DNA from: Rhizophagus irregularis
Lineage: Eukaryota
DNA length: 64,000 nt
Assembly (NCBI RefSeq): GCF_026210795.1
Contig: NC_089430.1
Coordinates: forward strand, 5,518,001-5,582,000
Direction of reading: 5' to 3'
Positions within the stretch are counted from its first letter, which is position 1, and every line of letters starts with the position of its first letter. A program made the translations under genes and the position numbers. Positions 50,115-62,700 of the stretch are shown one piece after another. Below the pieces are notes generated by a model that worked only from the letters and a program-made list of their open reading frames with translations, was not told the origin of the DNA and did not search any database.

Positions 50115-52050
50115 ATGGATTTTTACACCAAAGATATTAATCTAATTAAGTCATCATACGTCGATGAGAGTTGTAAAAATGTAATTATACATGTAACGCA
50201 ATACATTTTTAGAAAAATTTTGAAAATCGGATTATTGGTAATAGTGATAATGATGATGAATTTATTCAAAAAACTCAGCTATTAACTCATTTATATGATG
50301 TAAAAGAAGTATTAGACCCTATAAAAAAATTGGATACATTTTTTATAAAGTTTTTATACGATTTTTTTTCCTTAGAAATAACGTATCATAATAGGATACG
50401 GAAAAATGCACAATTCCGTATCACTAAAAATATGGTTTGGATACGGAATTTGCACGGGATTTATATGGAATTTACATGATTTGATCACTGATTTTATCAC
50501 GAAATTTATACGATTTGGTCACTGAATTTACTATTTGTATTACAGTTTACTATAATTGTATTTACATAAATCTAATTTTACTTTGTTTATTTTTTATTTT
50601 TTTATTTAATTTAATAAAGTACAAATACATTATGAAAATTCCCTCCTTATTAAAACCACCTATTGCAACCAAAATTATCTATAAGTTCAGATTCATTTGG
50701 AGTCAAACAACCTAAAAGAACAAAAAAAAAAATTGGAAACAAAACCCCCATATAGTATCTGCAATCGTCCAAGTCACCAAAGGTCAGCATTCCTACAAAA
50801 AAAGAAAGAGAACTCCAGAATGTCTGACCTACATAAAAGAAAAGAATTATGAGGCGTCTAATGAAAAGAAACCAAAACAACAAAATAAATCCAAAACTGA
50901 CCTACAAAAAGAGAAGACTCTGAAGCAACAAAACTGAAACAACCTACATAAAGAAAAGAATCTGAACCCAACTTACAAAAAAAAGAAAATTTGAACTGAA
51001 CTAAAAAAAGAAAAAAAATCCTGAATCATCCTACAAAAAAAAGGACTCCCAAACTGATCTACAAAAAGAAAAAAGTAACTGAATATTCTCACAAAAAAAA
51101 ATCTGCTGGCCTATGAAATTAAATATAAATAAAAAAGAAAGGGGAATAAAGAATAAACCAAAAAAAAACATTTTTTTAAAAAGAGGGGTAACGAAGTTAG
51201 GAAAGTTAAAAAAAAATTTTTTTTTTAAAGGGAGGACGTCAAAGTTAGAAAAATAAAAAATTTTTTATAAAGAGGAAATAGAAATAGAAAGAAGAAATTT
51301 TTTTAAAAAAAAAGAAGAGTGGGAATAAAAGAAAAAATTTTTTTTTAAGGGAGTGACGAAAAAAAATTTTTTTTCAAAGGAGAGTGACGAAAAAAAAATT
51401 TTTTTAAAGTGAGGTACGAAAAAAAAAATTATTTTTAAAAGGGGGTGACGAAGAAAGAAGAAAAATTTAGAAAAAATAACAAAAATAAGACAAGAGAAAG
51501 AGAAAGGAAAGGAAAGACAGAAAGGAAGATCGGAAGATCAAACTCATCAAAGTAAGGGTTTATATAAAAAACAAAAAACGTATCATAACAAAACAATAAA
51601 CAATCATGTGATCTCGTGTTATGATACGGAATTTTTGTAAAATTATCTTCTAAAAATATTAAGTTTAAAAATTCCGTATACATTCCGCATGATTAATTTT
51701 TTCCGTATACATTTCTTATACATTAGTTTTTTTAAAAAATGTTCAACAATGAATTGCTTATTAAATATACGGAATTTGTATACGGAATCTATAGAAACGT
51801 ACAAAAAATGTATACAAAACGTATCCTTTCCGTATACATATTTCTTATAGGGAGAATGGACACCTTATAATAGATTTCATAATATTAAATATATTTGAAA
51901 AAAAAGGTATGAAGCAAATTGGATTGATGGATATATTATTTATTGGGATAGAGTATATCATAATTGGTAAAGGAAAGATTGTAATATGTTTGTTAATTTG
52001 AAAAGTTTAAACAATTCAAAAATATTGCATTAGAATTTATGAATGAGGTA
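50115..52050 (+). pseudogene. Single degenerate first-module exon of a fourth array-kinase gene, interrupted by a transposon
   Basis: 50115-50316 encodes decayed CNYTCNAIHF...FIQKTQLLTHLYDVKEVLE. 51853-52047 resumes EWTPYNRFHNIKY...ANWIDG...MFVNLKSLNNSK...EFMNE|GT. Frameshifts and stops are present and no downstream C-lobe exon was found. Confidence 0.8.
50317..51852. mobile_element. Non-autonomous CMC (CACTA/Mirage/Chapaev-like) DNA transposon, 1536 bp
   Basis: Ends are CCCTATAAAAAAAT and ATTTCTTATAGGG. The 3-bp TSD AGA duplicates part of the L-E codons of the interrupted exon. TACGGA/TCCGTA subterminal repeats occur at both ends. No transposase ORF. Confidence 0.85.
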
Positions 52051-53909
52051 TAATAAATTTAATTATTTAGATGTATTGTAAATTAATGGATATTATTGTC
52101 TTTTATTAATGTTTAATACATTGTTTATTTTTTATTACGTCCAAAATACGGATTTAAAAGTTCAGAGAAAGTTTTAGTCTAACTACAAGTTGTATTACTA
52201 GTATAAATATATAATTATTAGTACTATTTTTTAAGAACTTTTTTTTTATATCATTAACGTTAGTTTTTTAACATTAAATTATACATTATTTATTTTTATA
52301 CTTATTGATTAATAAATTATTAAAATTTTAAGCAAATATAAGACGCGAAAGAACTTGAAAATTAACTCAATTTTTATTTATTATTTAAATGCGACTTGAA
52401 ATACGTAATGTTTTATTTGATCTAATTTAAAAATTAAAATCTTTTTAAAATAATTTTATAAATAAATATATTTGTGTGTTCTGGATCTTTCTAATATTGA
52501 AACTTAGTTTAATTTCTCTGACACTTAGTTGTAATCTCAATATGTTTAACGATTCATAAATAGATTCGATTTAATAATGAATTATGATCATTGTAAATAT
52601 CGCGTGAGCTCTATTGTACAGATTTAGAATAATAATTTATTTTATTTTTATTTTCATTTTAATTCTCAAAATGAACAAAGTTACAGTAAAGATTAGAATA
52701 ATAATTCATCACGCATGTTGCATTCCATAATAATTTCTAATGTAAGTCACGTTAGCTTAGTCTATTTTTCATTCCTCCAACACCAAATTTATTATTATTC
52801 AGATTTAAACGTATATAGACTTATTATGATACAAAAATGTTACAAATATTTTTTGTCAATTCTTTTTTTACCTTTTAAATGTTTACTGTTAATGATTAGA
52901 GACGAGATCAAAAATTTTAGTTTGATTCTATTATTATAATATCAACGATTAAAATATTTGAAGTGTTAATATTGTAATGGCCTAAAATATTCCATTGCAC
53001 AAAGCGGTAATTCTTATATCATATAGTGTAAATATTTTATAAATCTTTGCAGTTACTTTATTAATAATAAAAAAAAAAAGGAAATTTTTACATCGGTCTG
53101 CTGTTTCAAGCAATATTCTATAGTTTAATTTCAACGACTCGACTATCTATTAAATTAAATACGTTAGAACATTATTAATAATTTTGAAATTAAAAAAATC
53201 ATGCACAACATTTCATTGTTTTTTTTTTAAAAAAAAAATATCCTTTTTGCTTATTTAAAATACAATTTAATTATTAATTTATTAACGCGAAATTGTGGTT
53301 CTAAAATGAATTATTACTTGGTAACATGTTTATATTTGTCTTTTTCGATACTATGTCAAAAGATATATCGAAACATTAATTCACGTGATTTATAATTGAC
53401 GTCAATCGTCAAGTGTAACTCCAGTTTATTAATTTATAACTTTAAATTTTTCAAAATAAATTTTGTTCATATTTAATTTGAAGGCGTAATACATATTTCA
53501 TTAAATAAATAATCAAAATAAAGTCAAAAATTATTATTAACATTTTCTCAATTATATTACTTTAGTTTGATGTTTGAAAGGATTAATTATTTTTTTTTTT
53601 TGCCCACTGCCCACAATCATTTCCAATTAAATATATGTGGAAATTATTTTACGTAAACCGGTTGTTGTAAAGACATTGAGAAATTTCATTGGAGGGAAAA
53701 ACTCTATATTTAGTTAGCACATATTTTAGAACGTTTTCTCTTCACTGCACTAATCAGAACATCCTCTTTGTATAAATAACTAGAATATGCGATTTGCCAG
53801 GGGACTTCGTCCCCCAAACATAACATTTATAATTAAAAAAATTTTTTGATATAAATAAATTGAATTGTATGTAAAATATTACCAAATAATAAAATTTTAT
53901 TATAATTAA

Positions 53910-54200
53910 ACCTATAAAAAATCATGTTTTTAATAAGGTTTTATACAATTTTTTCTTAAAAATAATGTTTCTAATCTATATAGGGATACGGAAAAATGCA
54001 CAATTCCATATCACAAAAATGTATCATTTTGCATGATTTGACCATAATTTATGCCGAATTTATATTGATTTGATCACAGAAATTACATAATTTAAGCATA
54101 GAATTTACACGATTTGGTTAATGAATTTACTGCTTAAATTACAATTATTAATATTAGTTGCATTTATATGAATTTGATTTTAATAATATTTTACTAAATT
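53910..54200. mobile_element. Left end of a second, diverged copy of the CMC-like element
   Basis: CCTATAAAAAAT...GGATACGGAAAAATGCACAATTCC(A/G)TATCAC...GAATTTACT is colinear with ~50317-50590. Right end not found. Confidence 0.6.
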
Positions 54201-54339
54201 ATTAAATCAAATATAAAATCCTTAGTATCATGTGATTATAATTAGCCAATAATATAAATTAATTCTTATTATTTAAAATAATGACGTAAGTTGTAATAAG
54301 TGTTTTAAAGTTAATACAGCTACAAAAAAATAAAATTTT

Positions 54340-55643
54340 ATGAAAATTAATATTCAAGTGCTTTTAACCTGCCTGAACAACTTTCAATTAATAAATAAAG
54401 TTGATTTCATTTGTCCAAAGTGGAGATATTACGCTCTAAATTAAAGAAAAATAGAAAAGAGAGTTAATATCATCAAGAAAAATGCAATCTTCTTTAAGCA
54501 CTACACCTACATTCATGAAAATTAATATTCAAGTGCTTTTAATCTGCCTGAACAACTTTCAATTAATAAATGAAGTTGATTTCATTTGTCCAAAGTGGAG
54601 ATATTACGCTCTAAATTAAAAAAAATAGAAAAGAGAGTTAATATCATCAAGAAAAATGCAATCTTCTTTAAGCACTACACCTACATTCATGAAAATTAAT
54701 ATTCAAGTGCTTTTAATCTGCCTGAACAACTTTCAATTAATAAATGAAGTTGATTTCATTTGTTCAAAGTGGAGATATTACGCTCTAAATTAAAAAATAG
54801 AAAAGAGAGTTAATATCATTAACAAAAATGCAATCTTCTCTAAGCACTACACCTACATTCATGAAAATTAATATTCAAGTGGTTTCAACCTGCCTGAACA
54901 ACTTTCAATTAATAAATGAAGTTGATTTCATTTGTCCAAAGTGGAGATATTACGCTCTAAATTAAAAAAATAGAAAAGAGAGTTAATATCATCAACAAAA
55001 ATGCAATCTTCTCTAAGCACTACACCTACATTCATGAAAATTAATATTCAAGTGGTTTCAACCTGCCTGAACAACTTTCAATTAATAAATAAAGTTGATT
55101 TCATTTGTCCAAAGTGGAGATATTACGCTCTAAATTAAAAAATAGAAAAGAGAGTTAATATCATCAACAAAAATGCAATTTTCTCTAAGAACTACACCTA
55201 CATTCATGAAAATTAATATTCAAGTGGTTTCAACCTGCCTGAACAACTTTCAATTAATAAATGAAGTTGATTTCATTTGTCCAAAGTGGAGATATTACAC
55301 TCTAAATTAAAAAAAAATAGAAAAGAGAGTTAATATTATCAAGAAAAATGCAATCTTCTTTAAGCACTACATCTACATTCATGAAAATTAATATTCAAGT
55401 GGTTTCAACCTGCCTGAACAACTTTCAATTAATAAATGAAGTTGATTTCATTTGTCCAAAGTGGAGATATTATGTTCTAAATTAAAAAATAGAAAAGAGA
55501 GTTAATATCATCAACAAAAATGCAATCTTCTCTAAGCACTACACCTACATTCATGAAAATTAATATTCAAGTGGTTTTAACCTGCCTGAACAACTTTTAA
55601 TTAATAAATAAAGTTAATTTCATTTGTCCAAAGTGAAGATTAT
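54340..55643. repeat. Tandem repeat (satellite), ~173-bp unit, 7.5 copies
   Basis: ATGAAAATTAATATTCAAGTG recurs at 54340, 54515, 54689, 54861, 55034, 55206, 55381 and 55553. Units are near-identical and differ in length mainly at an A-run. Confidence 0.97.
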
Positions 55644-56209
55644 AATGTATTTGGAAAAGAAGTTTAATTTAAAAAAATTTTATATAAAAAAAATGTAATA
55701 TGAAAATTAAGAACTGAGTTGACAAAAATTTGAAATAACATGAATTTTAAATTAATTCTTTCATTAATTATAAATTCAAGTAGTTTAAAATAAAAATAGT
55801 AAGAAAAAATATTTTTTATGAAATATCACATTATTTTCTAAAAGAAAGTCTTATAAATTTAATTTGTAATTATGTAATATCCAAATATTTAATCTTACAA
55901 ATAGAAAAAAAATGTAAAAAAAATTTATGATGTTTTATAAAAAAAGAAAAAATTTTAAATTTTTGAAAAAAAATTTCGTCTAACACTTTTTAATTGATTA
56001 TCACAAGATCTGCATGATCATCTACACGTTTTAATTTTTTTAACGAAAAAAAGAAATATATTTGAATATTTTATTTCTTTGTAAATCAATAACGATCAAC
56101 AAAATTAAATACAAATATAAAACTTATTGCTTGATGCCGCAAGTTAATATGTAGTAAAAGTGGCACAAAAATGAATATTTTGTAATTTTATTCTAATGAT
56201 ATCAAAGAA

Positions 56210-56347
56210 GCAATATTGCAATATTGCAATATTGCAATAACAACGTCTATAGCTATAGCTATAGCTATAGCAATAGCAATAGCAATAGCAATAGCAATAG
56301 CAATAGCAATAGCTATAGCTATAGCTATATAGCTATATAGCTATAGT
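56210..56347. repeat. Compound microsatellite (GCAATATT)n / (GCTATA)n / (GCAATA)n
   Basis: Directly visible. Confidence 0.95.
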
Positions 56348-56539
56348 ATAAGATTCAACTACGAAGTTCACATGGTGCATTCCCAAAAAGATGAAAATCT
56401 GCATGAAGATCAGAGGACAAACTACAAATTAAGCGAAAAAGTGAATGAATAAGGAAGGTCATGCAGGATGATCACCACTTCAAAATCATACTATCGCCAA
56501 TTAAATTTGTTATGCATTGGTGTAATAATTACAAATCGA

Positions 56540-57150
56540 CAATCTCTTTAGAATTCACTTTCAAAGTATTTTATCCTTGAAATTTAATTATCTTTGAAAA
56601 TTTAAATAAAAAAATGATTCGTGAAAATATAATAATAACAGTTAGAAAAAATCTTTGTTCACCAAAAGCTAGCGGAAGCGAAATATTCGATACCCATAAT
56701 TCAGGTATTGTTATTTTGTTACTAGTATTATGATTTTATTTAGATGTATAAAGTTCAAATATACTTTTAATATAATTTTTTTCAACTAGAAACAAGAAAT
56801 CGACAACATCAACCTTCCGTACAAGCTCAACCTACAGTTCAATTGGCTAATCAAATTAGTCAAAATAAAAGTAAAATATTTACTTATGGAAAACGGTCAA
56901 TTTTAATTATAGTTATTGTTCAGTCGATTAGGAATATGTGGGATTTTACTGACCAATATTTCTATGAGACATCCAATGTTGAAATCAGTATTAGTAGCAT
57001 TAATTCCTATTAGTCACCGCAATATTCCTAATGACCGAACTATAAGTCTATAACTATTTATTATAATTCTTGTATTCAAACATGTAAGAAATTATTCTTG
57101 ATGTGATGCTCAAATTAATTTTTATTGATTAATAACTAATATCTTTAAAT
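56540..57150 (+). pseudogene. Truncated paralogue of the 5' end (upstream region, exons 1-2) of the GIN1-like gene
   Basis: ACAATCTCTTTAGAA, KASGSEIF...NS|GT and NRQHQPSVQAQPTV...KIFTYGK match 32354-32790. Exon 2 is interrupted by an insertion and no GTPase exons follow. Confidence 0.75.
56910..57056. mobile_element. Small MITE-like insertion (~147 bp) in exon 2 of the GIN1-like fragment
   Basis: Ends are TAGTTAT...ATAACTA with internal inverted GTTCAGTCGATTAGGAATAT / ATATTCCTAATGACCGAAC. The TSD is imperfect (TTTAATTA vs TTTATTAT). Absent from the intact paralogue. Confidence 0.55.
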
Positions 57151-58285
57151 TTAAGTTATTTGTACAGTATATCGTTGCATAATACATTAATTTAACTACT
57201 CTTTCTCTAAATATTAATATTTATTTATATGTATTGGTAACTTCTACTTCTAACTTCTGATTAAGAACCTTTACTCTTTAATAAATCAATTATTTCTATA
57301 ATCAAAATAAATTATGGCAGAAAATGTGTAGTATTTCACGTTAACCAATATAAATACAACACCGTACAATAACTGATATTTACAGATCATGCTCAATATT
57401 CAATATTGTACGCAAATAAATATCAATATTGTACGCAAATAAGCTATTAATATCAGTATTGTACGATAATTACGATAATGAAAATATCGGTCAAGTAAAA
57501 TCAACATGATCCTATAAGGCCGTGCGAGATAATATAAAATTAAAAGGTATAATATGTTAAGCACTTTTTGGAATTTCTAGCACTGCTCATATCGTACAAG
57601 TTATTATTGTATCTTGACAAATACGTAAATACACTTATTTATGGTGGGCTCAACAAGGGTGGCTGAACTTATTTATCTATTTTTAAAACTTTTATCTTTG
57701 TCATTATCATACTAATATATTGTTAAAGCAAAAGTTCGGCACTAGCCAAAGAATTCTCGATGCATATTTATTATCCCATGATTCCTAATAGTATTAACAT
57801 TCTTACGGTTGATTGATTATTTAAAAAGATGGATAAAAAAGCCTATCAATATTGGTTAAAAAAATAATGGTGTAAAATGGAGCCGAATTCCTGATTGCCG
57901 ATCATCCGGACTCGGTTTAATCGCAAAAAATCCCCGGAATTCCACGACGATCTACGCCTGAGCCGGGTCCAGATCACGTTGCGGCTAATTATTTTTCGTT
58001 TAACTCCCTTACAATAAAAAATCCACCCCAGCCAAATGATCGGCATAGTTTCTAAGCTAAGTGGGCGTGCACTACATCCTAGCTTATAAACTGCCCATGG
58101 GCCAGATTAGCCCACGAGATCTGATTGGTCCAAACAACTTACCAACATTTAATTACAAATAAGGCAATTTTATAACTTTTGACCGGATATTTACTTATAA
58201 ACTCATGGTCAAGGATTGCATTAATGTACATTTTGTACCACCTTGTAACTATAAAAAAGGCAAAAAAATTTTCAAGGTTACACAT

Positions 58286-58460
58286 TAATTTGGCCAGAAT
58301 TAAGATAATTTCGCCCAGCAAAATTTGGCCGGAATTATAAAACGGACATAAATGTCCGTTTGCAAATTTGGCCAGAATTATAAAAACGGACATAATTTGG
58401 CCGGAATTATAAAAACGGACATTAATGTCCGTTTTTGTAAATTTGGTCAGCATTATAAAT
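58286..58460. repeat. Short direct repeats AATTTGGCC(G/A)GAATTATAAAA(A)CGGACA, ~5 copies
   Basis: Directly visible. The same core occurs at ~13225, ~19855 and ~49265; probably subterminal repeats of a dispersed element. Confidence 0.7.
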
Positions 58461-58979
58461 GCAAATATTATAAATTGCATCAATTTATCATAATCCAGTG
58501 ATCATAGAAAAAATAAATTATAACTTGTTAGCTTTGTCTCATCAAGACATGTTAAATTGTTAAATTGTGATTTCTATCATCAATAGATGGAAAGTTATTG
58601 GCATTTGGAAATATTTAAGAATTCAAAAAAATTCTTTTCAAACAATGTAAATATCTTATTATTTATTAATCCTAAAGGTATAAAACTCCTACCATTTAAT
58701 ACATCTCAATACAATCCAACAAGCTGTGTATTATTTTTTTACAATTACTTGATAACAAGTTAATGCAATTTAACTTTTAGCAATTTGGTATATTTTAACC
58801 AAAAAAAAATTTTTTTATTGTAAATTTAAGTTATTTAACATTTAAAAAATGATTTTTTGTTTTTACTTTTTACTATTAAATACAAATTATTTCAAAAATG
58901 CAGAAAATTAAATCTTTTAATTATTATTTAAAAATTATGCTATTAAATAAAACATTAATTTTTTTGTTTTTTATTTACT

Positions 58980-59580
58980 TTTTTATTAGATCTAAAAATT
59001 GTCAGAAATTTAAATCCTTCAATTATTAATACATTACATATTTATGGAAGTTAAATAAACATACTTATTTAATGTAATTTAGCAATTAACATTGATTAAT
59101 TTTGATTTTATTAATTTTTTTTTATTTGATGATTTTGATCCAAATTATTTCAAAAATTAATAGAAAATTAAATGATTTGGCTCTTTTAATTATTAATACA
59201 TTACATATTTATGGAAGTTAAATAAATATACTTATTTATTAATCTATTTAATGTAATTTAGCAATTAACATTTTATTTTATTTTTTTATTGATCCAAATT
59301 ATTTAAAAATTAATAGAAAATTAAATGATTTATTTGGCTCTTTTAATTATTAATATATTATATATTTATAGAAGTTAAATAAACATACTTATTTAATCTA
59401 TTTAATGTAATTTAGCAATTAACATTGATTTTATTTTAATTTTATTTTATTTTTTTATTTGATCTAAATTATTTAAAATTTGATAGAAAATTAAAGGATT
59501 TGATTCTTAATTATTAGTACATTATATATTTATGGAAGTTAGATAAACATACCTATTTAATAATGGAATTTAATATTTAA
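58980..59580. repeat. AT-rich imperfect tandem repeat, ~160-bp unit, ~4 copies
   Basis: AATTATTAATACATTACATATTTATGGAAGTTAAATAAACATACTTATTTAAT variants at ~59021, ~59188, ~59345 and ~59509. Confidence 0.75.
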
Positions 59581-59789
59581 AATTATTTTATTAATATAAA
59601 ACTTAATTTTTGTTTTGTTTTTATTTACAGTATTTTTTTATTTTTTTATTTTTATTTATTTTTTATTAGATACAAATTATTTTAAATATTGTTAGAAATT
59701 GGATCAACAAAATCATTTATTAAAAAAATTTGGATTTGCAAATATTGGAGTAAATGTTTATCAGTACATTTCGCAAATCCAAATTTTTA

Positions 59790-62700
59790 TTTTTATTTTT
59801 ATTTAACAGTAATAGTTAGCGAATACAAATTTTATAAACATATCAAAAATAATGAAAAAGTAAAATAAAAAAATGAACTAAACTATCAGAAGAATCTACT
59901 TCGACGGTGGGGCAATTAAACACGAAACTATTAAAGATATAACCAACTACACCTAAAAACCATTTCTTTAATTAACCCACTACCTCCCATACACTAGCCG
60001 AAACTTGGTAAGTTGAAGCCCGCCCTGCAGAAGAAAGTAAAATTGACCTTATAAAATTATATAAATCAAACTACTAAAATCTACGATGGCGCTACGAAGT
60101 AAGATTAGTATAAAATTCTATTATATTTTTGCCAAAATAAATATAATTCCTAACACTATCTAAAGAATCATAATGAATAATAGTATTATTACTAGAATTA
60201 TTACTAGGTAATGAACGAACGCTTTTGAATTCTAATTTTTTCTTTCTTGTTAACCCCATAGAACGTTCAAATTCCTTCAAATGCGAACACCTTGGAATCC
60301 AAATTTCTTCAAATATTTCATTAAAAATAAACTGCCTCATTTGAACTAAAACATCTACAACGTTTTTCTTTGTTGTCCAAGAACTCAACAATTCTGAAAG
60401 TGACATAGGTATAATTCCTTTAATAAGATCGATAAAAGTAAATACGTTAGGATCATAAGATATATCCCATATATCAAGCGCCATGAGAGCATTGAAATCT
60501 TGTATATTATCATTATATTCTAATATCCAAGTCAAGAGATGATTAATAGTTTTATCTCTAATATTGTGAATGATATCATAATGACCACTACACATCCATA
60601 CGTGAGTAAAGGTTTCGTCATGTAATCCACATATAGGGCACATCCATCCATCATATAAGTCAAGCAAGGATTTCTTCATCTGTTCAATTGTAGGAATTTC
60701 TTCAATTAACAAGTGAACTTTTTGAGCTTTCGTTTTAGAAGAAGAAACAGAAGTTTCATTGTTATTTATATCACAATTTAAACAATTAAATGTGGATGTC
60801 CAGTCAACTTCTAATGTGCGATATTTAGAATTTCTATTCAAATTAATAAATTTCTCTAAACCTTTATAGTTGCATATGTTTTTCAAAAATGAGCGCAGCT
60901 TATTTTCAATAATAATTCCGTTCCAACAAGGAAGAACTTTCATCATACAAGCATCCTGTCTAAAAACTATATAGCGATCTTGATCAGTATGCGCAATTTT
61001 CGCTAAATTATCTACATAATTATTGCCCATATCATCACCATGAGCAACAACCTTAAACATTTCCACATGCAGGTTCAATGTTAATATGATTCTACATAAA
61101 ATAGCCCATAAGAAATTATTATTAGCCTTAAAGTATTCACGTGAAGTTTGAGAAAATCTTGATTTCTTTAAATTTTCAAATTGAGTAATTACGTTAAGCG
61201 AATCTGTATTAATTCTAACTTTACTATTTTTTGGAACAACGCTTAATGCTAAAAGAACAGCTAATAATTCTCCTCTATACGCAGAAGGCCATTTATCAAT
61301 AGTAAAATAAAATTCGACATGAGGTATATCAAATAAATCACTAATCTGAGCAAACGCGCAACTGATACTACACTGCTCAGTACCTAAATCTATTAAAGAT
61401 CCATCAGTGTAAAATTCAAAAATATAATAATTGTTGTTATCAAAAGGAGCTAATGTTCGTTGTATAACTAACAAGTCATTTCTTGAAGTCGAAGAATTTA
61501 ATAAATCCAAAATTATATTATCTTGCAATTGTGAAGAAATCACGTGATTTTGCGTTAACGCTTGATGTATAATATCATATTTCTTTTTTGCAAAATCAAA
61601 AATGTCAAAAATATTAAATTCTATTAAGTTAGTAAGTTGACTAGGCGCAAATTGAGAATCTGTTAACAATGGTACTAAACATTCCCAGTCAGCAGAAAAC
61701 GTACAAGGTGATCGTGTTGATAATGATGCATTAGCAGCACATCCATATTCCATACATTGATATATATAAGTATGTGTATCAGTACATCTAATCATATCAA
61801 TATGAAAATGTTTAATAATAGGTCGTTGTGTTTCATCTAGACCTTGAATTTTACCAATAACTACAGAGTTAAATTGTGAATTATAAACTGCTATTAAAGA
61901 TCTATTCTTTTTAGTAATATCATATGATCGAGTCTCTTCCACATTATCAACACGAGTGCCAAATAATTGTTTTATATTATGATTCAAATGAACACCATCT
62001 GAAGTAAGTAAATTTCTAATATCTGAATACCATTTTGTTTCTTTCCGTTGTGAAAAAATAGGAATATAAGCCTTAATAAGAATTTCTTTCCATAATAATA
62101 AACGAGATTTATCACCTGAAATAATTTGATCTAAAAATAAAATATTCTTTTCACGAAGTCTCTTCCTATGTTTAGAATAATATGCATTATCTACCACGTC
62201 TTCCAAAGGAATTTTACCTCCTTTAATTAATGGAAAAGTATTATCATCTAAAGTTTTTAACGAAATATTATTATCATAGCATAATAAAAGCATATTAAGA
62301 ATATAATTATTTTTTCGTGTATGCGGAACACGATTATAAGGAAGTTTTTCTAGCAATGGACGCGATGTCCATAGTTGATCCTGTAAGGATTTTAAACGAA
62401 TTTCAGTAACTTTTCCTAATAGACCATTGTTGTTAAGTTGAATACAAAAATCCGTAATTTTGGCTTGAAGTTGATTATCATAAAAATCTCTATATCCATA
62501 TATGTAGGGATTATCAAGTATAGCGTTAGGCGCAGAGCGAGCAAATTTCAGTTTGTTTTTAAACATCCTTCGAAAAGGAATAATTAAAGCTTCTGTCTGA
62601 GTTTTTGATAAAGCCATAACTTGAGACCAGTATTCAACTCTAGGAACGATAATTCTATTAAATATATATAAAATATGTTTATCAGTAATCTTCTTTTTAT

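Noticed and set aside
50515..51683. Hydrophobic ORFs 50515-50715, 50650-50883 and 51435-51683
   Set aside because: Low-complexity A/T-run translations inside the non-autonomous transposon.
54340..55643. CRISPR-like array
   Set aside because: Units are contiguous and near-identical with no unique spacers, there are no cas genes, and the DNA is eukaryotic.
57640..58483. GC-richer patch and ORFs 57846-58046 and 58139-58483
   Set aside because: No recognisable motifs or RNA-gene structure. The second ORF is a translation of short direct repeats, and element boundaries could not be defined.
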